From Tubulanus polymorphus (lineage: Eukaryota > Animalia > Nemertea): a stretch of 64,000 nucleotides of DNA. Location of the stretch: the NCBI RefSeq assembly GCF_964204645.1, contig NC_134033.1:3492131-3556130 (forward strand). Reading direction: 5' to 3'. Positions within the stretch are counted from its first letter, which is position 1. The number at the start of each line of letters is the position of its first letter. The notes under the pieces were generated by a model, which saw only the letters and a list, made by a program, of their open reading frames with translations, was not told where the DNA came from and made no database searches. Positions 11,508 through 23,300 of this stretch are shown here, piece by piece. The translations under genes were made by a program, and so were the position numbers.

Positions 11508-14500
11508 ATGACATCGCTCGTGAGACTGGTAATGAGGGCTGCAAGTTCGGCATCCCGTCTTTCTTCAACAAGTTCAATTTCTTCGACGAGGCAGTTTTCA
11601 GCAAGTGTCGCTTCGCAGAAAGAATTGAACCGGCCCCCGACTGGTAATGAAGTTTATAGAGCCGGAGGTATAGCTACTATGGCTAGATTGCCGTTACAGT
11701 CAACAGCTGAAGGTAAAAGCTATCATGATATGAAGCCATTTCCTGCATTTTGAGTGATGGAATTGTTTTGCGAGCAAAATTTATTGAGGGCGCTTAGAAA
11801 TTTTGAGGGTCTTCCAGAAGACCTTTAAGACCCCCTAGATCCGTGCCTGAAATACCGTCACTATCCACGTCACCCAGTCCTGGAACTGGTTGTATCCACA
11901 GCACCGATGTTCTATGATCCTAGTCACTAATGTCTATTTCAACCTGACTTGAGAGCATTCCAGGTGGCCTAGCTCAGTCAGTTTTGGTAGTACATACCTG
12001 ATAAAGGTCTTAGTAGGACCAGAAAGGACGAGCAGTCTACCTAAATCATCATTTTTTAATCCATTTGAAACTGTATTGAAGGATATCCAAAAAGACTTCA
12101 CTGAAAGGGGTTCAATGAAGAGAAGTGACTCCATGATTTGAAAGTTTAACAATATGTTTCCATGCCTACGTACCAAACTTCAGTTGGTAGGCATAGAGAC
12201 ATATTGTTAAACTTTCAAATCATGGAGTCTCTTTTCTCTCAGGAACCCCTCTCAATGCAGATTTTTTGGATATTCTTCAATACAGTTTCAAATGGATTAA
12301 AAAATGATGATTTAGGTCAGCTGCCAATGCATTCTGGTCCTAATAAGACTTTTATCAGGTATGTACCACCAAAACTGACTGAGCTAGGCCACCCTGTATG
12401 CTCTCAAGTCGGGTTGAAATAGACATTAGTGTACCTATCCCTGTGGTCCATCAAAACACTGAAAGAGTTAAGGAAATATTTAGAACAGAGGACAGCGGCC
12501 CGGTTATCACTCTTCATGCTCATCTGAGGAATAACTTTCCTTTTTTTCTGGACCCGATTTCCAATTTTCCCCAGATCCCCGCGACGCGTCATTTTTCGTG
12601 AAGTTCCACACGAATGACGATATTTCAGAAATGTTTTATTTTCGTATTAGGTTTAGACGCTTGTTTCGTCGGAATTCCGCTCGACTGCGGGGCGTCGAAC
12701 AGAGCCGGAACGCGGCACGGACCGAGGGCGATTCGCGCTGAATCATCGATGGTTCGACTCGTCAATAATGCTACCGGTAAAAATAAAATGCTGATTTATT
12801 GTTGAAATGCCAACTGTTAACCCTTTCAGTGCGTCTACACTGCAGTGCGGTGTACGAATCTGTGATGGATATTGCTAGTACACCGCACTGCGGTGTATTG
12901 ATATAATTAGTAATTACTTCTATTGAAAGATGGCAGCACCTGTTAGACATAGTGAAATACTAGTAACTAACGATACACTGCACCGCGGTGTAGACACACT
13001 ATAGTGGTATTCCCGTTATTCAACACACTAGGGTGGAATTTTTCAGAATTATCAAATTATCTTCAGCACTATAGGGTATTAACTAGTCAGCACTGAAAGG
13101 GTTAACCCTTTCAGTGCGTCTATACCGCAGTGCGGTGTATGAATCGGTGATGGATTTTGCTAGTTCCCCGTACTGTGGTGTATTGGTGTAATTAGTTTTT
13201 ATCTCTATTGAAAGATGGCAGCACCTGTCAAACATAGTGAAATATTAGTAACTAACGATACACTGCACCGTGACGAGACGCACCATAGTGGTATTCCCGT
13301 TATTCAACACACTAGGGTGGAATTTTTCAAAATTTTCAAATTATCTCCAGCACTATAGGGTATTGATTAGACATCACTGAAAGGGTTAAACCCATGTTTA
13401 TTGATATAATGCAGTTTTTTTCCAATTTGTTGGTTGTTGGCAGCCATTTACCCGAATCGTCCTTTTCTTCGCTTAACCGATCTTTTTCGCTGTACCGCGT
13501 ATTTATTCGTCGTTTCAGGCGCCTCTCCGTTCGAAAGTTTACAGGTCGCCGATATCGGCGACATCACCGTCAACCCGTACAACCTGCCGAAATGCTGCGA
13601 CATCATCCGCGACGCCTACGAGAAAATATTGAACGTCGGATGTCGGCCGCTCGGTATCGGCGGCGACCACACGGTCACTTACCCGATCTTACAGGCCATG
13701 AAGGTATGGTGAATTTATGTCTAAACGCGTGAAATGGATTTCTTTGAAAATACATGTAAAAGAACTTTGTTCGATTAATTTATTAAGGTACTACTCTTAG
13801 GCACTAATTGAATCCTCGTCTGAGGAACTATCTAAACCGTTACTGTAGAACTACGTAATTAAACCCTCATCTGAGGATTTAGCTTTACCCTCTATGGAAC
13901 TAATTAAACAAAACCCTCATCTGAGAGGAACTATCTAAACCCTCAACTGTGAAACTAATTAAACCCTCATCTGAAGAACTAGTTAGACCCTTAACTGTAG
14001 AACTAATTAAACCCTCATCTGAGGAACTGGCTAGACCCTTTGTGGAACTAATATTAAACCCTCATTTGAGGAACCAACTGAGCCCTCAACTGTAGAACTA
14101 TTAATTAAACCCTCCTCTGAGGAACTAACTAAACCCTCGCCTGTGCAAATGATTAGACCCTTAACTGTCGAATCATTAAGCCCTCAACTGCGGATCTATC
14201 TCAACTGTGAATCTTTAAAAAAGTGGAACTGTCAAGGTAATTGGACCCTTACCTGTAGCACTATCGGTTATCAAAACTCTTTAAGTCTTATAACAAAGGT
14301 TCATTCAAAAATTAAATGTTTGTCTCCTCGTCTGATCAGGATAAGTTCGGGCCGGTCGCGTTGGTTCACATCGACGCTCACAACGACACGCAACCGTCAA
14401 TCATGGGCGAGGCCGTCTGCCACAGCACGCCGGTCTACCGGGCGGTCGACGAAAAACTGATCGACGGCGCGAAAGTATTCCAAATCGGACTGCGCGCTTG

Positions 14501-16735
14501 GGGAAACGTATTCGACGAAGACGCCTGGGCGCGTAAACAGGTAAACGGAATTTTTTTCTTTTCTTAAATTCGATTCTATTTTTCTTGATCGCAGGTCAAA
14601 CACGGCGCTGTGGCGTTGATACACGTCGACGCCCACAACGACACGCAGCCCGATATGATGGGCGAACGCGTCGCGCACGGCACGCCGTTCTACCGCGCCG
14701 TCGACGAGCGACTGGTCGACTGTTCGAAGGTGTTTCAGATCGGATTGCGCGGCTGGATGAACAGCATGCAGGACGAATCCTGGGGCAAAGATCAGGTATT
14801 TTCGATGAATTGCGCGCAAGTTTTCTTAGAGAAGGGATACTTGCCCCAGGATGTCGGGGTGCAGTTATAATTTCAGTTCAGAAACTTAAGTCTTAATTTT
14901 AAGACTGGTCTTAAATTGTTAGATTCATTGTGGAACCAAAATAAGTTTAGACTGGTTTTAAGTTATAGTTAGATTGGTTATGGAACCAAAATGAGCTTAG
15001 ACTGGTCTGAAGTTGTTAGATTGGCTATAGAACCAAAATGAGCTTAGACTGGTCTTGAGTTGTTAGATTGGTTATGGAACCAAAATGAGCTTGGACTGGA
15101 TGTTAGTTATAAGTTTGGCTGTAGAACCAAAACGAGCTTAGACTGGTCTTTGATTAGCTTAGATTTGTTATAGAACCGACATGAGCTTCAGTGGAATTTG
15201 AAAAAATCTGAAAAATCATGAAAATATGTGTGAAATATTCAAGAAAAGTATCCCTCAAAATAATTTGGTCCTCTTATGCCGCACACCGTGGAGCTCAGAA
15301 TTGTGTGAAAAAATGTGAAAATTCTGAAGTTCATCAATCTAACGCCTTGAATTTTGTTATGCCTTTATTCACCAGCAAATTGTAAGGATATGGAAGAATT
15401 TGAAAAGTAAAGATCACGTTAGTTTTATAGCAAATCGAAATACTTGAGACAAGTCATAAGATTAAAGACCACTTTTAAAGACTGCACATCTTAGCCTTGT
15501 ACAAGTTTAAACTTGCAACCCACCACGTGGGCCAGTTTCATGTGTAAGAGCGTGCCCTTAGTTTCTATATTAGTCAACTCGGAAGGAATCTTAACCGACG
15601 TGAATTAAGGCGGGTTGATTTCGTTTTTGTCATTTTTCTAGGGATTCCACGTGTATCCGGCGCAGGATCTGTGGCACAAATCTTTGACTCCGCTGATGAA
15701 AGAAATCCGCGCGAAGATCGGCCCCGACACGCCCACCTATATCAGTTTCGATATCGACGGTCTAGATCCGGCTTACGCACCGGGAACAGGTACGAGATAT
15801 CGCCTAAGATTACGTTGACCTTGCCTGAAAAAAAAATCGCTTTCCATGAAACTCCCTATGACATCATGAAATAACCTCTTCCTCACAAAAGATGGCTACC
15901 TCCGTAGATCTCCGTTTGACATAATCAAATAACCACTAGGTACTTCCACACAAAAGATGGCGACCTTCATAAATCCCCCAATGACCTCATTGAATGGCAT
16001 TGGTCTATAGACCCTGCCAAAATAGTTGGCTTCAATGAATCCCCCTATGATCTCACCAAACTACGTCTAGCTACTTGCACAAAAGATGGTTGCCTTCGTA
16101 AATCCCCCTACGACACCATCAAACTACGAAGTGAATTGATATCCCAGGAGTTCGGGAAAAAAAAGATGATTGAGTCGCCCTTAATCACCCTATGACATCA
16201 CCATGCCTTGTGATTTGATTTATGTATGGATCATGCCAAAAAAGATGGCTGTCATGTTTCCCCCTATGACATCATTAAATTGCCTGGTTATATTATGTAT
16301 AGCCCCTGGAGACAGAAACACTCCAACTAATCGTGGTAATAATTCCTATTTCCTCTGCAGGAACTCCGGAGATCGGAGGACTGACAACGATACAAGCTTT
16401 AGAAATTCTCCGTGGTTGCCGTGGCTTGAACATCGTGGGGGGCGATGTCGTTGAGGTAAGCGTTCAGGATTTCAGTGGGCACTGAAAGGGTTAAGGGGAG
16501 TCAAACTAATTTGAAGTGGGTGCGGTCCAATATTTTGTAGAAATCATTGACTGTCCTACATCATTGAGGCTCAGTTATGAATTTTCCGAAGTCAAGTGTT
16601 TTGTTGTTTCGATTATAGGTGTCTCCGCCGTACGATACGTCCGGTAATACGGCGTTGACCGCTGCGTATTTGCTGATGGAAATGCTGTGCGTTTTCCCAG
16701 GAGTTAAATATTACGACCAGCCGCGTGAATGGTAA
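11508..16735 (+). CDS. AGMAT: Agmatinase / guanidino acid hydrolase, copy 2, with alternative exons 4a/4b
   Basis: Exons 11508-11712, 12651-12776, 13519-13703, 14340-14540 (4a) or 14595-14795 (4b), 15642-15789, 16361-16455, 16619-16735. All ureohydrolase metal-ligand motifs are intact, including GLR and GTGTP. Confidence 0.93.
11925..12431. mobile_element. ~507-bp foldback MITE with ~250-bp inverted arms; partial copies at ~27548-27830 and ~31416-31740
   Basis: CACTAATGTCTATTTCAACC...GGTTGAAATAGACATTAGTG. The arms are reverse complements over most of their length. Confidence 0.85.
12821..13385. mobile_element. Two head-to-tail ~280-bp piggyBac-like MITEs sharing TTAA sites
   Basis: TTAA|CCCTTTCAGTG...CACTGAAAGGG|TTAA at 12821-13101 and 13106-13385. 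Family remnants at ~18625-18850, ~19945-20110, ~24775-24966 and 36764-37049. Confidence 0.85.
14595..14795 (+). CDS. AGMAT: Duplicated alternative exon 4b of AGMAT copy 2 (DAHND active-site exon)
   Basis: Boundaries gcag|GTC...CAG|gtatt. 201 nt and phase 0/0, like 4a. Encodes [67 protein letters not shown]. Confidence 0.85.
14900..15190. repeat. 47-bp minisatellite (TTAGATTGGTTATAGAACCAAAATGAGCTTAGACTGGTCTT)
   Basis: Same family as 25745-26280 (reverse) and as the internal repeat of the MITE at 38804-38944. Confidence 0.8.
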
Positions 16736-17970
16736 AACGACCGATCGGAATGCACACCGTCGTCTGCTATGTACGTGGCAGCCTCACTTTATAAAGGTCT
16801 GGCTGTTATTGAAATCACCAATCAAAATACACGTCTGCTATTAGCAGCCTCACTTTGGTCTGGTCATTATGAAGATAACCAATCAAAAATTCACGTCTGC
16901 TATGAGCAGCCTCACTTTGGTGGCTGATTTTATATGCTATTTACGTGGCAGCCTCACTTAAAAGGTCGGGCTGTTATTGAAATAACCAATTGAAAACACG
17001 TCTGCTATTAGCAGCCTCGCTTTGGTCTGGCTGTTATTGAAATAACCAATTGAAAAAACACGTCTGCTATTAGCAGCCTCACTTAGGTGGGTGATTTTCG
17101 TATCGAGTTCATAGACCATTCCAGAAACGATGGCTGAACTCATCACTTTGAAATCATGTGATCACATTTGAAATCATGAAATCAAGTGACTCATCACTGA
17201 ACCGAACTTTGTAAATAGTGCTTTTGTCGAATCAAATCACTAAGAAATTCGCAGGGGTGGATCTAGACAGGAGCACAAGGAGAACGTGCGGCTGTCGCAA
17301 TTTTCCTGTGCCCTTTTTGAAAATAGAACAGCAATATTTTTCAGGGCACTAGAAATTGTACTTCTTCTTGAAAGATCTTGAAAGTGCCTAGAAATTGTAT
17401 GAAAATGCATTGAAATCTCAAACAATTTTCCAGACCTCTGTTTTCGGTGTGTGGCTACTTGACCAGCTCCTTTTCATTTCTTACTGCTCCTGTCAAAGTC
17501 CTTGATTTCATATTCTGGTTCAATTCGAAATAATGATGTCATGATTCGAATCTGATGATGTAATATGGGTATTTTTAGGGGGTAGCCATCTTTTCTGGAA
17601 GGGTGTTGTTTAAGTCGTCCTCTCAGGGTTATAAAATTATCACCACTTTAGATAATTTATTTACTTTGAATATCTTTTTAACTGATGATAAATCATCATG
17701 TTTCCGCAGTTTTTAGAGTCTGAAACTGTATCGGTTTCTGAAAAAGGAACCAAACTGTCGGCGTGTTATCGCATAGATTAAAATTGTTATTCGTCAATTC
17801 AGCTGAAGGGTTGAAAAAAATTTATTTTTTGATTTCTGAAGATCAAAATATCTTGTTGATTTGTGACGGGCCAGTGCGCTAAAATGTAACCAGCTTTACC
17901 GAGATATGCGTATTATATGTTATATTACCTTTTAATTTTAAACAAGATTTTATATATATTCTTGCATCTG

Positions 17971-18068
17971 GGTCCAGTTCCACAGTTCCGAGTTAAGATT
18001 TAACTCTGAGTTAAATGAACTAACTTTAACTCAGAGTTAACTCTAACCCACAACTGTGGAACTGGATC
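17971..18068. mobile_element. 98-bp palindromic MITE with 3-bp CWG target duplication
   Basis: CTG|GGTCCAGTTCCACAGTT...AACTGTGGAACTGGATC|CAG. Empty site in unit A at ~6940. Confidence 0.75.
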
Positions 18069-20388
18069 CAGCTGATTATTATTTACATATTTATACGTCT
18101 TGTATGGATGATTTTTTATCCGAATTTTGGAATGACGAAAAATAAAATTTCAAGGTATTAAAATTCGTGCTTACTGACAGATTTTCTTGCTCCTGGAATT
18201 TAAACTCGGTGAAATATTCAGCCCTTGCACTAACGACTGAGAAGGGATAATTCTATACATGTAGTTCCAAAGTTATTAGAGCGAGGTTCAACAGCAATAA
18301 TATCCAGCGTAGATGAAAATCCGGACGGAACCAGGGTTTCCATGACTTCTTGATGCCTTAAAAACTCCTTATAACTGAAATTGCATCCGAAGGTGCATGA
18401 AATTCCTTTAACTTGAGCAAAATGTCAGATATTCCTTTACATTAAAAAAACTTTCAGAAATGGACAATCAGATAGATATATAGGTACATGTACTTACCGG
18501 GGTATACAGAATTTTTACAGCTAACTACGCCGAAATCGGTGCAGTTGGGACCAGGATTTGTTAGTGAATTAGAAACCGATTTTCGGTAGCTTAAGGGTAG
18601 GTATTTACTTACAAAACCGCTGAATTAACACTGCGGTGTATTGATGTAATTAGTTATTACCAATTATCTCTTGAAAGATAGCAGCACCTGTCAAACAGTG
18701 AACTATTAGTAACTAACGATAGACCGTGCCGCGGTGTAGATGCACTATAGTGGTATTCCTGTTATTCAACACACTAGGGTTGGGAATTTTTCAGAATTTT
18801 CAAATTATCTTCAGCACTATAGGGTATTAATTAGCCAGCACTGAAAGGGTTAAAGAGTTTTTTACCGAGATAAACAGTTGTGATTTAGTGAAGAGTCGAC
18901 TGTGATTGGGATATGAAAGGGATGCAGACGCTTTTTCGGAATTTGAAATTTTCTCCTTTAAAACTCTACCTTATAAAGTGACGCAGACGCTTCTCCACCA
19001 AGATTGATTCTTAGGGACCCAGGGAACTGATCCGACTTAAGCGAGTCCGACAAGCTAGGATTTTGACTGTATCTAAGACAACGAACCGATAAAAACTTTT
19101 TGACTCGTAATTTTTATTGAAAATACCGGTAGTTATTATAATTTCACTGATGAAAATAATAAACCCGAAACTAGCGACATTTCCCGCCAGACTCCGATAA
19201 AACATCTACATGTATAATGAATAATCCTTTATTTTATGATATTTTTTTTCCATTTCGTGAAAAAAAATCAAAATTTAGATATGCAAGTATTTCGAATATT
19301 TGGGCTATTTTTCGGTTGAAATGTTGCGAAATCGCGTTATAGACAGGCGCAAAAAGAAATTAAGATTCACGCAGATCAAAGTAAATGATGCGACGAAAAA
19401 TTCTTGTTCACTCTAAACAATAACGGTGGTGACGACGACATCTGGTGGTATGTAAGTGCACTAATATCTGCATTCCGCCTTAGAAGTTTTTCGATTGTAG
19501 CGAAAAAAACTTTTTGTGAAGTCTTCAAAATTCTCAATCCGGTTTAAGTCCAGTGCCCAGTTTAACAAAAAGGTTTAACCCCAAAAAACCATTTAATTTA
19601 TTTGTTTATGTTAAATCGAAATAGGCCTTAAATCCTATTGAGCAGGGTTCGGTTCCTCAGTTGTGACGAGTTAAAGTTAAAACTCTGGGCTAAATTCAGT
19701 TCATGTTCGATATTTAGTCAAATTTTAACTCAAGAGCTGTAGAACTGCATCCTGACTTTCTTCTCCAAAGAAGTTTAACTCCTTTTTAAATGGATTTGAA
19801 ATTTCTTCATCAATTCGGTTTTTATCTTTGAAGTCATTTTACTACAGTAATCTTAACTCGGATAAAACTACAGTAATCTTAACTCGGGACCATCACAACC
19901 TAAAACCTTGGGTCGAGGGCTTTTGCGAAAAAACTTTCCGTTAACCTTTTCAGTATCTACACCGCAGTGCGGTGTATAAATCAGTGATAGATTTTGGTAG
20001 TGCAGTGTATTGATGTAATTAGTAATTATCTCTCTTGAAAAATTGCAGCACCTGTCAAACACAGTGGAATACTAGTAACTAATGATACACCGCGCCACAG
20101 TGTAGACGTAAAACTTTTTTGCGAAATCGGACCTTCCTCGTGAAATGAAAAGTTACGGAAAACCTCAGATGTGCAATAATTTTTTTCTCGAAAATTCAAG
20201 TCAAGCGACGCAGAAATTTGGACGGTTTTTGAAGAGTATATAATATGACTTATACATATATCAGTTTTCTGTACATTACACACATAATATATATATATAT
20301 GTTTTTTTTCGATATATCTGCGTGGTCTATCACAGCAACGCGGAATCCCCGCGGGAAAACCCCCTACCCCTCGTTACAAACGCAGCCC

Positions 20389-23300
20389 TCAACAACTCAT
20401 ATCTTTCAGTATATCTTCGTATTTGATGACGGTGATTTGGTTTTTCGTTTCGGTGCCCGACCATTCGTCGGCACGCGCCCCGGTCAACATGAGTGGCGGC
20501 GCCATCGATACGGGGTTCTCGCGCCAGTTCAACTGCTGTAATAACGCGCAGTAGTCGACGACACCGTTGTTTGATTCGGCCAGTCTGAAATTGGAAGTGA
20601 AGGAAAAATTACGATTTGATTTTCGCCGAATTCAAAATCCAGTGTAAAACTAGGCACAGGTCCTTGGAATCTTGAGACAAGACACCAGGGTGCGATCTAA
20701 GCACTTGTCGGATTGCCCGCGACAAATATATACTCATCAGGGCAAGTAGGTAATCATTATCACTTGTCCACCGGGCTAGTGCAATTTTACGTCACAAAAT
20801 CCGGTGTAAAACTAGGCACAGGTCCGGGGAATCTTGAGACAAGACCCCAGGGTGCGATCTAAGCACTTGTCCGATTGCCCGCGACAAGTATATTCTCATC
20901 AGGGCAAGTAGGTCATCATTATCACTTGTCCGCCGGGCTAGTGCAATTTTACGTCACAAAATACAGTGTAAAACTAGGCACAGGTCCTTGGAATCTTGAG
21001 ACAAGACACCAGGGCGCGATCTAAGCACTTATCCCATTGCCCGCGACAAGTATATTCTCATCAGGGAAAGTAGGTAATCATTATCACTTGTCTACCGGGC
21101 TAGTGCAATTTTATGTCACAAAGCTTTTTCCGATACAACAGATGATAGTGCCACCAATTGGACTGCCTGTGCAGGGCAAGTAGTTTTTGGAGGGGGCAAG
21201 CGAAATTTCGGATATGCTTGCCCCCCCCCCCCCCCGGGCGAGTGGCTTTCATTCTATAGATCGGATCCCGAGACACCCGTGTATTTTGTCTCGAGTTGCG
21301 CTTGTGAATAAGTTGTTTACTTTTAATGTCTTATATAGAATTTTACAAATTTCCCTCGCATAATAGATCAGGATAAGTTGTCGAATAAACACTATAATCC
21401 GTGTATAGGCCTACTGTAGATAAATGATGAAATCCCACACTTCGAATTAAATTATAAGGTATAATTCATTATTTTGAAACCATAACGTTTCGGCTGTTGA
21501 CTAACAGATCAGGATAAGTTTCGCATATAGAATGCATCCTCTATGAAGCCGTACTTATTAGTAAATCCTATAGATATGGGAAGTTTCAACCAAGTTGACG
21601 GAGGCATTTTCCTCGAGGAGTTTCAGATATTTTATCTCAGTATATATCGACCAGGATTATCTATAAGAGCTGGACCTAGTTCGAGATGAGACTTACTTCG
21701 TTAGTAGTATTCTAAGTATGTCGTCCGGTACGGGTACATGTAGAGCTCTGAACGCCGTTCTCACTAGTTCAGGTGTCAGTGATCCAGCTCTGTAATCAGA
21801 AATATAAAGATATATTCAGTTATTTCATTCACAAAAGAAGCCCAAATGAAAAAAAAGCAAATTTGATCTTATGATTTCATAGGGGGATTTATGGAGGCAA
21901 GACGTATTTTCGACATGATTCTGTAGATCAAACCACTTGTAGACAATTTTATGATGTCATAGGGGGAATTATAAAGGGAGCTATATTCTCTGGAAGTTTC
22001 AGTGGAGATCAAACCACTAGCAATTAAGTGATGTCATAAGGGGAATAATGAAGGCAGCTATCTGTAGGCAAGTTTGATGTTTTAGGGGGATTCATGGTGG
22101 TAGCCATCTTTTCTTGAAGAACAATTTGATGCTGTCATAGGGTGATACACGGAAGTATCCATTTATGGCTAATTCATGGATGCAGCCATGTATTGTGAAA
22201 TGGGTCTAAGCTGCGACGTACTATGAATTGGTCCGATTTGAAGATGTCATAGGGTGAATCATGGAAGCAGTTTATGAAAATGGTCCAATTTGATGATGTC
22301 ATAGGGGGAATCGAGCGTGTGTACATACGTACCTGTCTTTATCGTGGTGTATGAAATTCTCGAGCAGACTCTGGAATCCCTCGAAGTTGTCTTTCCTCAG
22401 GTGCTCGTGCACGACGGCCAGCAACGAGACGATCTCCATCGGCCGGTCGGTCGCCTGGTCGCTGTAGTGCCGCGCGAGCGTCATGATCTCCTGGTGCGTG
22501 ATGCCCGGCACGAGTTGAACCATCAACGAGTAGAACTGGTCGTAGCCGACGACGCCGCGGCCGTCGGCGTCGTTACGTCGGAAGAACGACGCGATCTCGT
22601 CCTCTTTGCCCTTGATCAGTTCGCCTAGACGTTTCATCACGTGTTTCACGCTCGCTTTCGGAAACTGAACGAAAAAATTTTATTTTCAAATTTTCGCAAA
22701 CATTTCGTGTAGATTTTCTATAGACTATGACTCGAAAAAATTTTATTAAAAATTATGAAATAATTTGCCTTTCGAAGGAAATTATGAAAGGCAAATTATT
22801 TGAATTTTTACAAAAATTCTACTACTCATGATTTGAAAACTGATTGCAGGTGATCGAATAGATTTTTATTTTCAAATTTTTGAAGAGATCACGCGTATAT
22901 TCTAGTAGACCCCGACTCACAAAATTTAAAAGGGAATTCCGAATTCAAAATTCAATCGAATTAATTTTTCCAAGGGATCATTCATTTATTACGTACGCAT
23001 AAAATTTGAATTTTTCAACCCCCCTACCCCCCTCTGTACGCAAAATCGGCAATTCTTTTGTATATGTTCAGCATAAAAGTACACAATTGTACTGACCCCG
23101 CCCCCTCCCCTAATGCGTACGTAATAAATGAATGACCCCCGAGGAAAAACTAAACTCAAATCTTAGTTACTAGGCTCTAGAGAACGGAGATTTTTTCGAA
23201 AAAACAAACTTACGCTGTCAGGGAACATTTCCATGAATGCGAACGCGTACTCGTCGGCGTCGATCAGAATGAATTTATGGCAGTTAAATTCGACATTGGC

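Larger units (their letters stand above)
11437..19663. repeat. Tandem segmental duplication 1, unit B
   Basis: Homologous to 1667-9855. Confidence 0.9.

Noticed and set aside
11934-12422. Mirror-image ORFs on opposite strands
   Set aside because: They result from the palindromic arms of a foldback MITE.
14397-14819. Antisense or off-frame ORFs over AGMAT, EFHC2 and GPCR exons (e.g. 3917-4339, 22317-22628, 23835-24254, 27784-28140)
   Set aside because: Shadow ORFs caused by GC-rich codon usage in the real exons; no recognisable motifs.
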